In this document: positions 1 to 9,960 of the stretch, in pieces
Position numbering within the stretch: the first letter of the stretch is position 1
Layout: every line of letters starts with the position of its first letter
DNA from: Candidatus Gastranaerophilales bacterium
GTDB lineage: Bacteria > Cyanobacteriota > Vampirovibrionia > Gastranaerophilales > Gastranaerophilaceae
Length of the DNA: 64,000 bases
NCBI GenBank assembly: GCA_947630535.1
Contig: CANRHZ010000004.1
Span: 10,243 to 74,242, forward strand
Direction of reading: 5' to 3'
Translations under genes and position numbers: made by a program
Notes under the pieces: generated by a model
What the model saw: only the letters and a program-made list of their open reading frames with translations
Databases searched by the model: none
Told to the model about the DNA's origin: nothing

Positions 1-1074
1 CATTTTGGGGGCTTTGGAACAAAAATTGGAGAAATAGTTTTTAATACGTCCATGACGGGTTATCAGGAAATTTTAACCGACCCCAGTTATGCCAATCAAA
101 TAATAGTTATGACCTACCCCGAGATTGGAAATTACGGTATAAATGAAGAAGATTTTGAATCGAAAAAACCCGAGTGCCTTGGATTTATTGTTAAAAGAAA
201 CTCCAAAAACGAATCCCACCATAAATCAAAAGAAACCTTAAATTGCTACCTTGAAAGAAACGGGGTAATCGGAATTGAAGGAATTGATACAAGAAGCCTT
301 GTTATAAAACTGAGAGAAAAAGGCACAATGAAATGTATGATAACAACGGATAATATTGAAACGGAAGATGACCTTACCCAAAGAATTGCGGCCATTTGCA
401 TATATAAAACGGATAAAGATGTTGTCTTAAATGTTTCTGCAAAACAAAAATATATAGTAAACCCCGATGGTATGATAGATTTAGCACTGATAGATTACGG
501 CGCAAAATCGGGGATAATAAATTCTCTTGCAAACAGAGGATGCAAAGTAACCGTATATCCTGCTGATGTAACACCTGATGAGATATTATCAAACGGGCAT
601 ACAAGCCTCTTTTTATCAAACGGCCCCGGGGATCCGAAAGATTGCATAACTGAATTAAAAACCATTGAAGAATTGGTGGGAAAAATTCCGATATTTGGAA
701 TATGCCTCGGGTATCAGCTTTTAGGGCTTGCACTCGGAGCAAAAACTTATAAATTAAAATACGGACACAGGGGAGGAAATCACCCCGTTATTGACCTTGT
801 AAGACAAAAAGTTATGGTCACAAGCCAAAATCACGGATATGCAATTGATACAAACACATTATCAGGTATAATGCAGCCAACATATAAAAATTTAGACGAC
901 GATACCCTGGAAGGCTTTGATGCGCAAAGACTAAAAATCTATGCGGTTCAATTCCACCCCGAAGCAAAACCGGGGCCCGAGGATGCGAGCATAATTTTTG
1001 ACGAGTGGATAGAAAAAATGGAAGAATACCAAGCTATGCCCGTAAGGAAAGCCGAAGATATGGTAAAAGTTTAA
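1..1074 (+). CDS. carA: carbamoyl-phosphate synthase small (glutaminase) subunit; 5' end cut by window edge
   Basis: Frame 1 is open from base 1 (HFGGFGTKIGEIVFNTSMTGYQEILTDPSY). Has amidotransferase motifs GICLGYQLL and VQFHPEA. carB follows directly. Confidence 0.95.
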   Translation, partial: HFGGFGTKIGEIVFNTSMTGYQEILTDPSYANQIIVMTYPEIGNYGINEEDFESKKPECLGFIVKRNSKNESHHKSKETLNCYLERNGVIGIEGIDTRSLVIKLREKGTMKCMITTDNIETEDDLTQRIAAICIYKTDKDVVLNVSAKQKYIVNPDGMIDLALIDYGAKSGIINSLANRGCKVTVYPADVTPDEILSNGHTSLFLSNGPGDPKDCITELKTIEELVGKIPIFGICLGYQLLGLALGAKTYKLKYGHRGGNHPVIDLVRQKVMVTSQNHGYAIDTNTLSGIMQPTYKNLDDDTLEGFDAQRLKIYAVQFHPEAKPGPEDASIIFDEWIEKMEEYQAMPVRKAEDMVKV

Positions 1075-1087
1075 AAGGAAAATTAAA

Positions 1088-4000
1088 ATGGGAAAAGATG
1101 CAAGTATAAAAAAAGTAATGGTAATAGGCTCGGGCCCAATAGTAATAGGGCAGGCGGCAGAATTTGATTATGCGGGTGTACAAGCATGCAGAGCCTTAAG
1201 GGAAGAAAATATAAAAGTTGTTCTTGTAAATTCAAATCCCGCAACAATTATGACGGATGAAAACATTGCAGATAAGGTTTATATAGAGCCGCTTGATATA
1301 AATATGCTTGAAGATATTATACAAAAAGAGCGCCCCGACGGACTGATTGCATCCCTTGGCGGACAAACGGGACTTAACCTTGCAATGGAGTTGCACAAAA
1401 AAGGAATTTTAGAAAAGTACAATTTGAGGCTGCTTGGAACAAAAATTAATTCAATTAACAAAGCGGAGGACAGAGAACAATTTAAAAATCTTATGAAAGA
1501 GATAAATGAGCCCGTTCCTGAATCTGAAATAGTTTCAAGTTACGAAGATGCAAAGAAGTTTGCACAAAGAATAGGATTTCCGATAATAATACGTCCCGCT
1601 TTTACTCTCGGAGGTTCAGGGGGCGGCATTGCCAAAAATGATGAAGAATATAGCCAATATGTAACAACGGGCCTTCAACAGTCTCCGATAAATCAAATTC
1701 TGGTAGAAAAGAGTATAGCAGGCTTTAAAGAAGTTGAATATGAAGTAATGAGAGATTCAAACGACACCTGTATAACCGTCTGCAATATGGAAAATATTGA
1801 CCCTATAGGTATACACACGGGTGACTCTTTTGTTGTTGCACCAAGCCAAACTCTAACCAACAATGAATATCAGATGCTTAGAACTTCCGCCATAAAAATC
1901 ATAAGAGCGCTAAAAATTGAAGGAGGATGCAATGTTCAATTTGCGCTCGATACAAATTCCAATCAATATTATGTAATTGAAGTTAATCCGAGAGTATCAA
2001 GGTCCTCTGCCCTTGCAAGCAAGGCAACCGGGTATCCCATTGCAAAAGTCACAACAAAAATTGCAATAGGCTATAAGCTCCATGAGATAAAAAATGCGAT
2101 AACCAAAAAAACCGTTGCGGCATTTGAGCCCAGTCTTGATTATGTTGTCGTTAAAATTCCAAAGTGGCCGTTTGATAAATTTGCCAACGGGGATAGAATT
2201 TTGGGCACAAAAATGAAGGCAACGGGGGAGATTATGGCAATCGGAAGAACCTTTAACAGTGCCTTTAAAAAAGCAATCGCTTCTCTTGAAGAAAAAAATA
2301 CGGGCCTCACCCAAAGAAGGGAATTTGAAGAAATAGGATACACAGAGCTTATAAATATGTTATCTATTCAGGATGACAGAAGAATTTTCAGAGTATCCGA
2401 AGCCCTGAAAAGAGGAGTTGAGCCTCAATTAATAAGCCAAATAACAAAAATAGATTACTGGTTTATATCTAAAATAAAAGAGCTGGTTGACTTTGAAAGA
2501 AGGCTTCAAAATGAAGAATTAACAAAAGAACTGTATATAAAAGCAAAAGAAGAAGGGTTTTTAAATTCCGAAATAGCGGCTCTGACTAAAAAGGAAGAAA
2601 AAGAGCTTGAAAGTTTCAATGTAGAGGCCGTATTTAAAATAGTTGATACGTGCGCTGCCGAATTCAAAGCAAAAACCCCTTATTTTTATTCAACCTATGG
2701 GGAAGAAGAAGAACCCGAATTTATCGAGGAGAAAAAAGAAAAGAAAAAGGGCGGCATTCTGGTTTTAGGCTCGGGCCCAATAAGAATAGGACAGGGGATT
2801 GAGTTTGATTACTGCTCGGTACATGCCAGCTGGGCCATCACAAATAACGGATATGAATCCATAATGATAAATTCTAACCCCGAGACCCTGTCTACCGATT
2901 TTGATATAGCAGACAGGCTTTATTTTGAACCTATGAATATTGAAAATGTTATGAATGTTGTTAAAAAAGAAAACCCGATCGGGGTTATGGTTCAATTCGG
3001 CGGGCAGACCGCAATTAACCTTGCGGAAAAGCTGGATAAAAAAGGGGTTAAAATTTTAGGAACATCAATAGAGAGCATTAATGCGGTTGAAGATAGAAAG
3101 GTGTTTGAAAAACTGTTAAGGGAGCTTAAAATACCTCAACCAAAAGGAAAAGGGGTTAAAAGCGTGCAAGAAGCCCTTGATGCAACAAAAGAGCTTGGAT
3201 ATCCGGTTCTTGTGCGTCCGAGCTATGTTATAGGCGGAAGGGGAATGCAGGTTGTATATAACGACGATGAACTTTTAACCTATATAAACGAAGCTTTCAA
3301 ATTTTCATCCGAACACCCCGTGCTTATTGATCAATACCTTGAAGGTCAGGAAGTTGAGCTGGATGCAATTTCGGACGGGAAAGATGTTTTAATCCCCGGA
3401 ATATGCGAACACATAGAGCGTGCAGGGGTGCATTCCGGAGATTCCATGAGCATTTATCCGAGTCAGCATATTTTAAGAAAGCATGAAAAAACACTTGTAA
3501 AATACGCAAAAGAAATAGCTAAAAAAACAAAGATAATTGGGCTTATGAATATACAGTTCATTATTAAAGATGATGTTGTATACGTTATAGAAGTAAACCC
3601 GAGAGCATCAAGAACAGTTCCCATTATGTCCAAAGTAACGGGCATTCCTATGGCAAAAATAGCGGTAAATGTTATTTTGGGTAAAAGCATAAAATCTCAA
3701 GGGTATAAAGCGGGGCTATACAGAAAAACAAACCTTGTTTGCGTTAAAATGCCCGTGTTTAGTTTTCAAAAATTAAACAGAATTGACCCTGCTCTTGCTC
3801 CCGAAATGAAATCCACGGGAGAAGTTTTAGGAGTTGATACAAATTATAAAAAAGCCCTTTTAAAGGCATTTATTGCGGGAGGATATAAATTCGGGGGAAG
3901 AAAACAAAGGGTTCTTGTTTCTTTAAACGACCACTATAAAAAACCCGCATTAAAAATAATCAAAAAAATGTTTAATCAAGGCTACTTTATAATGGCAACA

Positions 4001-4333
4001 TGGGGAACTCACAAGTTTTTGGAAAAAAACGGCATACCAAGCAAAATGATTGAAAAATTCATGATAGATAAGCTCCAAAAACGTATGAAAGAGGGACGCT
4101 TAAGCTTTGTTATAAATACGCCGACTCTTGGTAAAAACTCTCAAACTTCAGGTTTTCAAATAAGAACCATAGCAGAGATGTATTGTATTCCTTGCTTTAC
4201 AAGCATAGATACACTAAGAGCATATTTAAGCGCCGTAAAAACCTACGATAAAAAGGTTAAACTCACAACAGACACCATTTCAAACTACAGAAAAAGAACA
4301 ATATTCGGATTGTTGGATAAAATTAAAAAATAA
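1088..4333 (+). CDS. carB: carbamoyl-phosphate synthase large subunit
   Basis: 1081 aa with a duplicated ATP-grasp architecture. GSGPIxIGQxxEFDY occurs twice (near res 14 and 560). Length and C-terminal domain are typical; an RBS-like AAGGAAA lies upstream. Confidence 0.97.
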   Translation: MGKDASIKKVMVIGSGPIVIGQAAEFDYAGVQACRALREENIKVVLVNSNPATIMTDENIADKVYIEPLDINMLEDIIQKERPDGLIASLGGQTGLNLAMELHKKGILEKYNLRLLGTKINSINKAEDREQFKNLMKEINEPVPESEIVSSYEDAKKFAQRIGFPIIIRPAFTLGGSGGGIAKNDEEYSQYVTTGLQQSPINQILVEKSIAGFKEVEYEVMRDSNDTCITVCNMENIDPIGIHTGDSFVVAPSQTLTNNEYQMLRTSAIKIIRALKIEGGCNVQFALDTNSNQYYVIEVNPRVSRSSALASKATGYPIAKVTTKIAIGYKLHEIKNAITKKTVAAFEPSLDYVVVKIPKWPFDKFANGDRILGTKMKATGEIMAIGRTFNSAFKKAIASLEEKNTGLTQRREFEEIGYTELINMLSIQDDRRIFRVSEALKRGVEPQLISQITKIDYWFISKIKELVDFERRLQNEELTKELYIKAKEEGFLNSEIAALTKKEEKELESFNVEAVFKIVDTCAAEFKAKTPYFYSTYGEEEEPEFIEEKKEKKKGGILVLGSGPIRIGQGIEFDYCSVHASWAITNNGYESIMINSNPETLSTDFDIADRLYFEPMNIENVMNVVKKENPIGVMVQFGGQTAINLAEKLDKKGVKILGTSIESINAVEDRKVFEKLLRELKIPQPKGKGVKSVQEALDATKELGYPVLVRPSYVIGGRGMQVVYNDDELLTYINEAFKFSSEHPVLIDQYLEGQEVELDAISDGKDVLIPGICEHIERAGVHSGDSMSIYPSQHILRKHEKTLVKYAKEIAKKTKIIGLMNIQFIIKDDVVYVIEVNPRASRTVPIMSKVTGIPMAKIAVNVILGKSIKSQGYKAGLYRKTNLVCVKMPVFSFQKLNRIDPALAPEMKSTGEVLGVDTNYKKALLKAFIAGGYKFGGRKQRVLVSLNDHYKKPALKIIKKMFNQGYFIMATWGTHKFLEKNGIPSKMIEKFMIDKLQKRMKEGRLSFVINTPTLGKNSQTSGFQIRTIAEMYCIPCFTSIDTLRAYLSAVKTYDKKVKLTTDTISNYRKRTIFGLLDKIKK

Positions 4334-4354
4334 AAGCCCTTGTATTAGGGCTTT
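4333..4354. terminator. bidirectional hairpin between convergent carB and the coiled-coil gene
   Basis: AAAGCCCT (4333-4340) pairs with AGGGCTTT (4347-4354) around a 6-nt loop. Flanked by an A-run on the left and a T-run on the right. Confidence 0.7.
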
Positions 4355-4388
4355 TATCTGTATGATAACATTTAAGATGTTGTTTTTA

Positions 4389-6032
4389 TTAAGCTGCAAG
4401 TGCATATATTCCGTACTGCATTGCTTCTTTTGCCATATCTTTGAATGCTTGAGCTTTATCGTCGGTTGCTTCAAAGAAGTTTTCATCTTTGTCATATTCG
4501 TTTTGGGTTAAAACGTCGTCATTTTTGTTGTCTTGAATTGATTTATCGTCGGTGATTTTTTCTTTCATTTGAGAAAGAAGGGATTCGCCTTTTGTTGCTG
4601 CAGATTTATCTTCAGAGTTTTTAGAAGTTTCAATTGAATTTTGTATGGTTTTTGCAATGGTGGTTGATTTTTCAATTTCTTTAGTTAAAACGTATTCGCC
4701 GTCAACTAATCTTTCTTGGAGCTTTGATAAACCTTCATAGTTTGATTTATCCGTTAAGCTTAAAAATGCCGTGTTAGCTGAGCTGAATTTTGCTCTGGCA
4801 CCGGAGAATGCATCCATAAAGTCTGAAATTGCTTCTTGGTTTTCATCTATTGTTGCCGTATCCGTTTTGTCTGAAACTTTTTGAGTGTATACGTTGTTAG
4901 AATATAATTCAGCTTTGTATGATTCGCTAACCATATCAATAGCATCTTTAGCATCAATACCTATAACATCTTCAGCGTTAAGTGTTAAAGTTTCAATATC
5001 GAACATATCGTTAACTATAACATCAGCCATAAGTTCATCAGTTTGTTCGTTATTTTCAATTCTTTCCATAACATCATCTGAAATGATATCATCAAATTTT
5101 GTTGTATCTTCATCATTAGCTATGGTTGAATTTTCATCCGCAACGGGTGTTTCAACAGATTGAGCCTGAGAAACAACGGTTTCGCTAGCGGGGGTTGCAA
5201 CTTGTTGAACTTGAGGTTGAACTTGTGCTTGGGGTTGTTCTTGTACTTGAGCTTGAGGTTGTTCTTGTACTTGTGCTTGGGGTTGTTCAGCTTGTTGTTG
5301 TACTGCTTGTTGTTGAGCTTGTTCAGCTTTAGCTTCTGTTTGTTCAGCTTGTTGTTGTCCTGATTGACCTTGAGAAGCGTTGCCGTCTGCTTGGCTTTGA
5401 AGTGATTGAGCTTGGCCTTCGAGTTCTTTAATTTGAGCTTCAATATTTGAAATTTCGTTTTCAATTCTTGCTTTTTCTTCTTCAAGTGAAGCTTTTTTTG
5501 TTTCCTGATCTGCTTTTTGATTTTCAAGTCCCATTTTTTCTGTTTTTAAGCTTTCAACTTGATTTTGAAGGTTTGATATTTGAGATTGAATTGAAGCTGC
5601 TTGAGCTTTGTATCCTTCATCTTCGCCTGAAGCAGCTTTGAGTTGATTAGCCGAAGATTGAAGGCTTGAAATATTGGATTCTATATTTGAAATATCTGAA
5701 TCAATGTCTGAAATTTGTGAAGTTGTTTCGCTTATTTGTGTAGCGGTTTCATTTAAGTCGGTGTTGGTTGTTTCTAATTGAGTGTTAGCTTCATTTTTAA
5801 GAGATTCTTGTTCTGTGGTTTGTGCATTAATTTCAGAGCCTTGTGAAATAATGCTATCAACTGCTTGAGAAAATGAATCACAGTTAACTGATTCTTGAAT
5901 AACTTCAGCAAATAAAGAATCGGAATCAGCTAATGCGCCTAATTCGCTAACTGCTGAATTTGCAGATTGAACAGAAGCGTCAAAGCTATTTTGAATTGGT
6001 ATTAAGTTTTGTCCTATTGAAGTTTCTGCCAT
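4389..6032 (-). CDS. hypothetical coiled-coil / Gln-Pro-rich repeat protein (paralog A)
   Basis: Long ORF; ATG at 6032 preferred (MAETSIGQNLIPIQN), GTG at 6044 possible. Layout: heptad-like S/Q/E/N-rich central region, then QAQVQEQP repeats, then an acidic C-terminal domain homologous to the neighbour at 6203-7711. No signal peptide or TM segment seen. Confidence 0.8.
   Translation of the reverse strand: MAETSIGQNLIPIQNSFDASVQSANSAVSELGALADSDSLFAEVIQESVNCDSFSQAVDSIISQGSEINAQTTEQESLKNEANTQLETTNTDLNETATQISETTSQISDIDSDISNIESNISSLQSSANQLKAASGEDEGYKAQAASIQSQISNLQNQVESLKTEKMGLENQKADQETKKASLEEEKARIENEISNIEAQIKELEGQAQSLQSQADGNASQGQSGQQQAEQTEAKAEQAQQQAVQQQAEQPQAQVQEQPQAQVQEQPQAQVQPQVQQVATPASETVVSQAQSVETPVADENSTIANDEDTTKFDDIISDDVMERIENNEQTDELMADVIVNDMFDIETLTLNAEDVIGIDAKDAIDMVSESYKAELYSNNVYTQKVSDKTDTATIDENQEAISDFMDAFSGARAKFSSANTAFLSLTDKSNYEGLSKLQERLVDGEYVLTKEIEKSTTIAKTIQNSIETSKNSEDKSAATKGESLLSQMKEKITDDKSIQDNKNDDVLTQNEYDKDENFFEATDDKAQAFKDMAKEAMQYGIYALAA
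5210..5299 (-). repeat. in-frame tandem 24-nt repeat encoding (QAQVQEQP)n
   Basis: Plus-strand units CTTGRGGTTGTTCTTGTACTTGWG at 5228-5251 and 5252-5275, with degenerate copies on both sides. Confidence 0.85.
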
Positions 6033-6144
6033 TTGTTTCACCACTTTCTACTAACATATATATAAAGTATATATAAAAGTCATAATTTCAAGTTTATCTT
6101 TTTTTGTTACATTTCTTTACAATATATTTCAAAAGTCGAGGTGC

Positions 6145-6180
6145 AAAAAAAAATCAGAGAAAATAATTTCTCTGATTTTG
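6145..6180 (-). terminator. rho-independent terminator of the 6203-7711 gene
   Basis: ATCAGAGAAA (6153-6162) pairs with TTTCTCTGAT (6167-6176) around a 4-nt loop. The A8 run at 6145-6152 gives a U-tract on the minus strand. Confidence 0.8.
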
Positions 6181-6202
6181 TGATTATTTATGTTTAACCT
6201 TA

Positions 6203-7711
6203 TTATTCTTCATTGATTTTTGTAAGGTTATATTTTGCCGCTTCTTCTTTTAGATATTTGAAGGCATTTTCAACATCCGTAGTTTTTAGCATATTATAAT
6301 GAGATTCGATTTTTGTGTATTCATCTTTATCAGGTTTATTTTCGGAAAACTTATCTTCGGACAAGTCTTGCAGTTGTTTCAATATAGCATCTGAAAATTC
6401 TTCGTATTTGGTTTTACCTATTTCGTTATCGTCTTTTTCGACAAATTGAATATTTTTAACGGATGAAGTTGTTTTTTCAAGGTCACTTGTTTTAATATAC
6501 TCACCGTCATTTATTCTCTCGAGCATATGTTGTCCGAGTTCATAATTGGATTGGTCAGTAATATTTGAAAATTCAAGATTTCCGGTATTAACTATATCTG
6601 AAACATTTAATACGGCTTCGGTAAAATCAGTTTCAGCACTTGAATGTTCTTGATTTGAAGCAGTGTCTGTTTTTGCCATTGCAGAGGACTTCGTATATAC
6701 CTGCTCGTTCATTTTTGATTCAATCATATCGGAAATGGCACTTGAAAGTTCCAATGCATCTGCATCAACTGCATCAAAATCACCTATCGTAAAGAGCCCG
6801 CCTGATGTTTCCATTATTTTAGAAAGATAGTCTTTAACATCTTCATGAACAAAATCAAAGAACCAGTTGTCATAGTTTTCTATAACTTTGTTTGAATCTT
6901 CTATAATTTGGTTAATGGTCTCATCTTGAATTCCTTGCGTTGGAGCCGAAGAAGAAAGGTTGGATGCTCCCTTTGTATCTGAATTCTGTTGAGCAGCGGA
7001 AGGTGTTTGAGCTTTATTTGCCGTATCTGAAGATGTACTTTTATTTGTCTTTTCGTTTTGCGGTTTTGGCTGAAGTTCCTGAATTTTAGATTTAATGGCG
7101 TCAGCTTCCTGAGCTTTAGCCTGCCTTTGAGAACTTAGCTCGTTTCTTTCGTTTTGAAGATTTTTAATTTCTTCCTGTGCGGCTTTAATCTGCTCCTGAA
7201 TTTTTTCATATTCTTCTTGAACACTTCTGGCTTGTTGTTTCAAAGTGTCGACTTTACCGTTTAATTGTTGCATATCGGATTTTTTAAACAGGCTTGAACC
7301 TGAAGCATGAGATTGTGTTTCATCCAGTTCGTTTGCAACAATGGCATACAGTTTATTCGTTTCTTGTGCCTGTCCGGAAAGTACGCTTGCCGTATTTGTT
7401 AAGGTCAAAATATTTGTTGTAGCTTCCGACATTTTCAAAGCATTATCAGCAAGTGAAGCGTCTATACCTTGTATTTCCGTTTCTTTATTTTGTAATTCAA
7501 CTTTAAGTGCAAGTACCTCCGGAGAATCGTTTGCACCGGCAGCTGAAACATCAAATGATTCGTCTTGTGCGGCAGGAGAAACGGAATCTTCAAATAAGGG
7601 CGCTACATAGCTTTCCGAATTTGTACCGTCTGCGTTTTGAGTCCGGTCGTTTGGCGGAACCTGGTTGAGTCCTTGGTTAGCATTCAGGTTAATTGGGATT
7701 TCATTTGCCAT
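6203..7711 (-). CDS. hypothetical coiled-coil protein (paralog B of 4389-6032)
   Basis: ATG at 7711 is preceded by a strong SD (AAGGAGGTAAAA ATG). N-terminus is MANEIPINLN. Has a central coiled-coil (LKQQARSVQEEYEKIQEQIKAAQEEIKNLQNERNEL), an S/T/Q/P-rich linker, and a C-terminal domain alignable with paralog A. Confidence 0.85.
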   Translation of the reverse strand: MANEIPINLNANQGLNQVPPNDRTQNADGTNSESYVAPLFEDSVSPAAQDESFDVSAAGANDSPEVLALKVELQNKETEIQGIDASLADNALKMSEATTNILTLTNTASVLSGQAQETNKLYAIVANELDETQSHASGSSLFKKSDMQQLNGKVDTLKQQARSVQEEYEKIQEQIKAAQEEIKNLQNERNELSSQRQAKAQEADAIKSKIQELQPKPQNEKTNKSTSSDTANKAQTPSAAQQNSDTKGASNLSSSAPTQGIQDETINQIIEDSNKVIENYDNWFFDFVHEDVKDYLSKIMETSGGLFTIGDFDAVDADALELSSAISDMIESKMNEQVYTKSSAMAKTDTASNQEHSSAETDFTEAVLNVSDIVNTGNLEFSNITDQSNYELGQHMLERINDGEYIKTSDLEKTTSSVKNIQFVEKDDNEIGKTKYEEFSDAILKQLQDLSEDKFSENKPDKDEYTKIESHYNMLKTTDVENAFKYLKEEAAKYNLTKINEE

Positions 7712-7795
7712 TTTTACCTCCTTAATATACACTTATTTAATAAAGATTAACGGCAAAATGTTGTAAAAATTTAAGATTGTTTACAAAAATTAATA

Positions 7796-8275
7796 TTATT
7801 TTTTTACGGTAAGTCTTTCTAAAAATCTGACAAATCTTGTTAAAAATCCTTCCGCATCTTTTGAAATCGAATCAACAAGAATTGTTTTCATACCTACTTT
7901 TTTGCCCGCAAGAATATCGGTTAGGGGCCTGTCGCCCACCATTACAACTTCTTTAATTTCTAAACCCATCTCATAACAAGCTATTTTTAAAATTTTAACA
8001 TCAGGTTTTCTTGCATTTCCGTAGACCTTAACGGGCGAAATCTTTTGAACCTTATCAACGTAGCTTTTGTTATGGTTATTAGATATAATTGCAATCTTAA
8101 AATCTTTTTTAAGTGAATTTAAAAAATCCAGAGTTCTTTTTGTAAATTTGCATGTCTTGGATTGCATAACCGTAGAATCAAGGTCAAAAAATATTCCTTT
8201 AATCCCCTTGCTTTTTAATTCAAGCGGGTTTATATCATATATGGACTCCAAATTATAATCAGGTTTTATTCGCAT
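7796..8275 (-). CDS. HAD-superfamily phosphatase, YqeG-like (subfamily IIIA)
   Basis: DxD motif FFDLDSTV, IISNN, and GDRPLTDILAG near the C-terminus. Size of about 160 aa is typical. Confidence 0.75.
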   Translation of the reverse strand: MRIKPDYNLESIYDINPLELKSKGIKGIFFDLDSTVMQSKTCKFTKRTLDFLNSLKKDFKIAIISNNHNKSYVDKVQKISPVKVYGNARKPDVKILKIACYEMGLEIKEVVMVGDRPLTDILAGKKVGMKTILVDSISKDAEGFLTRFVRFLERLTVKK

Positions 8276-8277
8276 TT

Positions 8278-9516
8278 TTAATCCTTAGTAAAAACTGTGT
8301 TTTTTATTCCTTTTGTTCTTAAAAGAGCATATTCAAACTCATTTTGCCAGCTATTGTCTTTAGAATTAAATTCTACATACACTTCATCATTTGTATTTGC
8401 AAGCTCATTTGTTTCTCTTTTTTCATTATATATATTAATAATTTTAGCATTTGTTGAATACGAAGGCGAAATTATTTCAATTTCGTCGTTTAAAAATACC
8501 TTATTTTTAAACAAAACTTTAAATTTGTTATCCTGTTTTTCTTTAACTATACCGATAAAATCGGCTCCGGCTAAGCCCTTAGATATATCATAAGAATAAG
8601 ACGAGCTATCGTTATGCCCGAGGAAAAACCCCGTTGTATATCCTCTGTTGCCTGCCTTTAAAAGTTCAATGAAGCCTTCTTTTTCGCTAATTTTATTGTC
8701 AAGTACGTATCTGTATGCCTTTGCAACCGCACTCACATAATAAAGCGATTTTGTCCTTCCTTCAACTTTAAAAGAATCAATTCCTATATTAACGAGCTCT
8801 TTTAAATATTTTATTAAACATAAATCTTTGGTTGATAATATATGAGAGCCTTTATCGTCCTGAACAATTTCAAAATACTCATTGGGCCTTGTTTCTTCCA
8901 ACAGTTTATAACTCCATCTGCAAGGCTGGGCACAGTTTCCATGGTTTGCCCTTCTTTCATATCCCGTCATATAATCCGATAACAGGCATCTGCCCGAATA
9001 GCTCATACATTGAGCACCATGGACAAACATTTCTATTTCAATATCAGACACACTGTTTCTTATTGTTTTAATTTGTTCAAACGAAAGTTCTCTTGCAAGT
9101 ATAACCCTATTTGCGCCCAAATCTCTCCAAAATTTAACGGTTTCGGTGTTTAAAATATTTGTTTGGGTTGAAATATGGATATCAATATTATCTGTATGTT
9201 TTTTTACAACATTTAAAATTCCAAAATCGCTTATTATAAGTGCATGAGGCTTAGCATCTTTAATTATATCTATAACACCATAAAGTTTTTTAATGTCACT
9301 GTCATAGGCAAAGATATTAAGCGTAAGATAGACTTTTTTATTCATTTTTTTTGCAGTGTCTATTGCAAATTTTAAGTTATCAAGGGTAATTATATCCCCT
9401 TTTCTCATTGTTCTTAAGCTAAAATCGTCGACACCCAGATACACCGCATCTGCCCCATACATAAAGGCATAGCGCATTTTTTCAATACTTCCTGCGGGTA
9501 ACAATAATTCACTCAT
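8278..9516 (-). CDS. peptidase U32 family protein
   Basis: N-terminus MSELLLPAGSIEKMRYAFMYGADAVYLG and a Cys-rich core (CMSYSGRCLLS, HGNCAQPCRW). The track's upstream extension to 9594 runs through a terminator hairpin, so ATG 9516 is preferred. Confidence 0.85.
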   Translation of the reverse strand: MSELLLPAGSIEKMRYAFMYGADAVYLGVDDFSLRTMRKGDIITLDNLKFAIDTAKKMNKKVYLTLNIFAYDSDIKKLYGVIDIIKDAKPHALIISDFGILNVVKKHTDNIDIHISTQTNILNTETVKFWRDLGANRVILARELSFEQIKTIRNSVSDIEIEMFVHGAQCMSYSGRCLLSDYMTGYERRANHGNCAQPCRWSYKLLEETRPNEYFEIVQDDKGSHILSTKDLCLIKYLKELVNIGIDSFKVEGRTKSLYYVSAVAKAYRYVLDNKISEKEGFIELLKAGNRGYTTGFFLGHNDSSSYSYDISKGLAGADFIGIVKEKQDNKFKVLFKNKVFLNDEIEIISPSYSTNAKIINIYNEKRETNELANTNDEVYVEFNSKDNSWQNEFEYALLRTKGIKNTVFTKD

Positions 9517-9537
9517 AAAGAAATAATAACATAAAAT

Positions 9538-9567
9538 AAAAGCGGTAAATGTTTTTACCGCTTTTTT
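9538..9567 (-). terminator. hairpin terminator after the 9573-9863 ORF
   Basis: 12-bp stem: AAAAGCGGTAAA (9538-9549) pairs with TTTACCGCTTTT (9554-9565) around a 4-nt loop. T/A runs flank it. Confidence 0.7.
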
Positions 9568-9572
9568 AAAAA

Positions 9573-9863
9573 TTAATCGTCTATCATGCAGCACTTAAAA
9601 GTAAAGGCTTTAATATGACAGGCGGGAATATTAAGCCATCTGAAATGTTTTTCGGAATCAAAATCTTCCGCTTCCATATCATGGTGATGTTTGGAACATT
9701 TAACGGTAACATCCTGCAATGTAACTACCCCTGAGATACATTTGTTATCGTCACAATCTAAAAGAATACCTCTGATTTCAAAATGGTCAACCCATAGTAT
9801 AATAATGTCTGATTCGGTGGTTTTAGCAACTTTATAAATTGCTTCGTAAGTTTTTTCTCCCAT
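9573..9863 (-). CDS. hypothetical small Cys/His-rich protein (96 aa)
   Basis: ATG at 9863 has the SD AAAGGAAAC upstream. Contains CDDNKC, CSKHHHD and a C-terminal KCCMIDD. No recognisable family. Confidence 0.55.
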   Translation of the reverse strand: MGEKTYEAIYKVAKTTESDIIILWVDHFEIRGILLDCDDNKCISGVVTLQDVTVKCSKHHHDMEAEDFDSEKHFRWLNIPACHIKAFTFKCCMIDD

Positions 9864-9960
9864 AAAAGTTTCCTTTCTTGTATGAATGTTAACACTGGTG
9901 TTGTCATACAAAAAGAAATACAATAAATGTTTAATCCGAACATTACTCTACTGTAAAAAG

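Noticed and set aside
5120-5527. 135-aa Lys-rich ORF and other alternative-frame ORFs within the coiled-coil gene
   Set aside because: These are by-products of the repetitive CAA/GAA-rich sequence. The long frame with a conserved paralogous C-terminal domain is the coding one.
9517-9594. N-terminal extensions proposed by the ORF track. This entry is the U32 peptidase; the same issue affects ORFs ending at 13575, 15961, 47216 and 7732, and those starting at 16009 and 47165.
   Set aside because: Internal ATGs have better RBSs, match known family N-termini or signal peptides, and in the U32 case the extension crosses a terminator hairpin.
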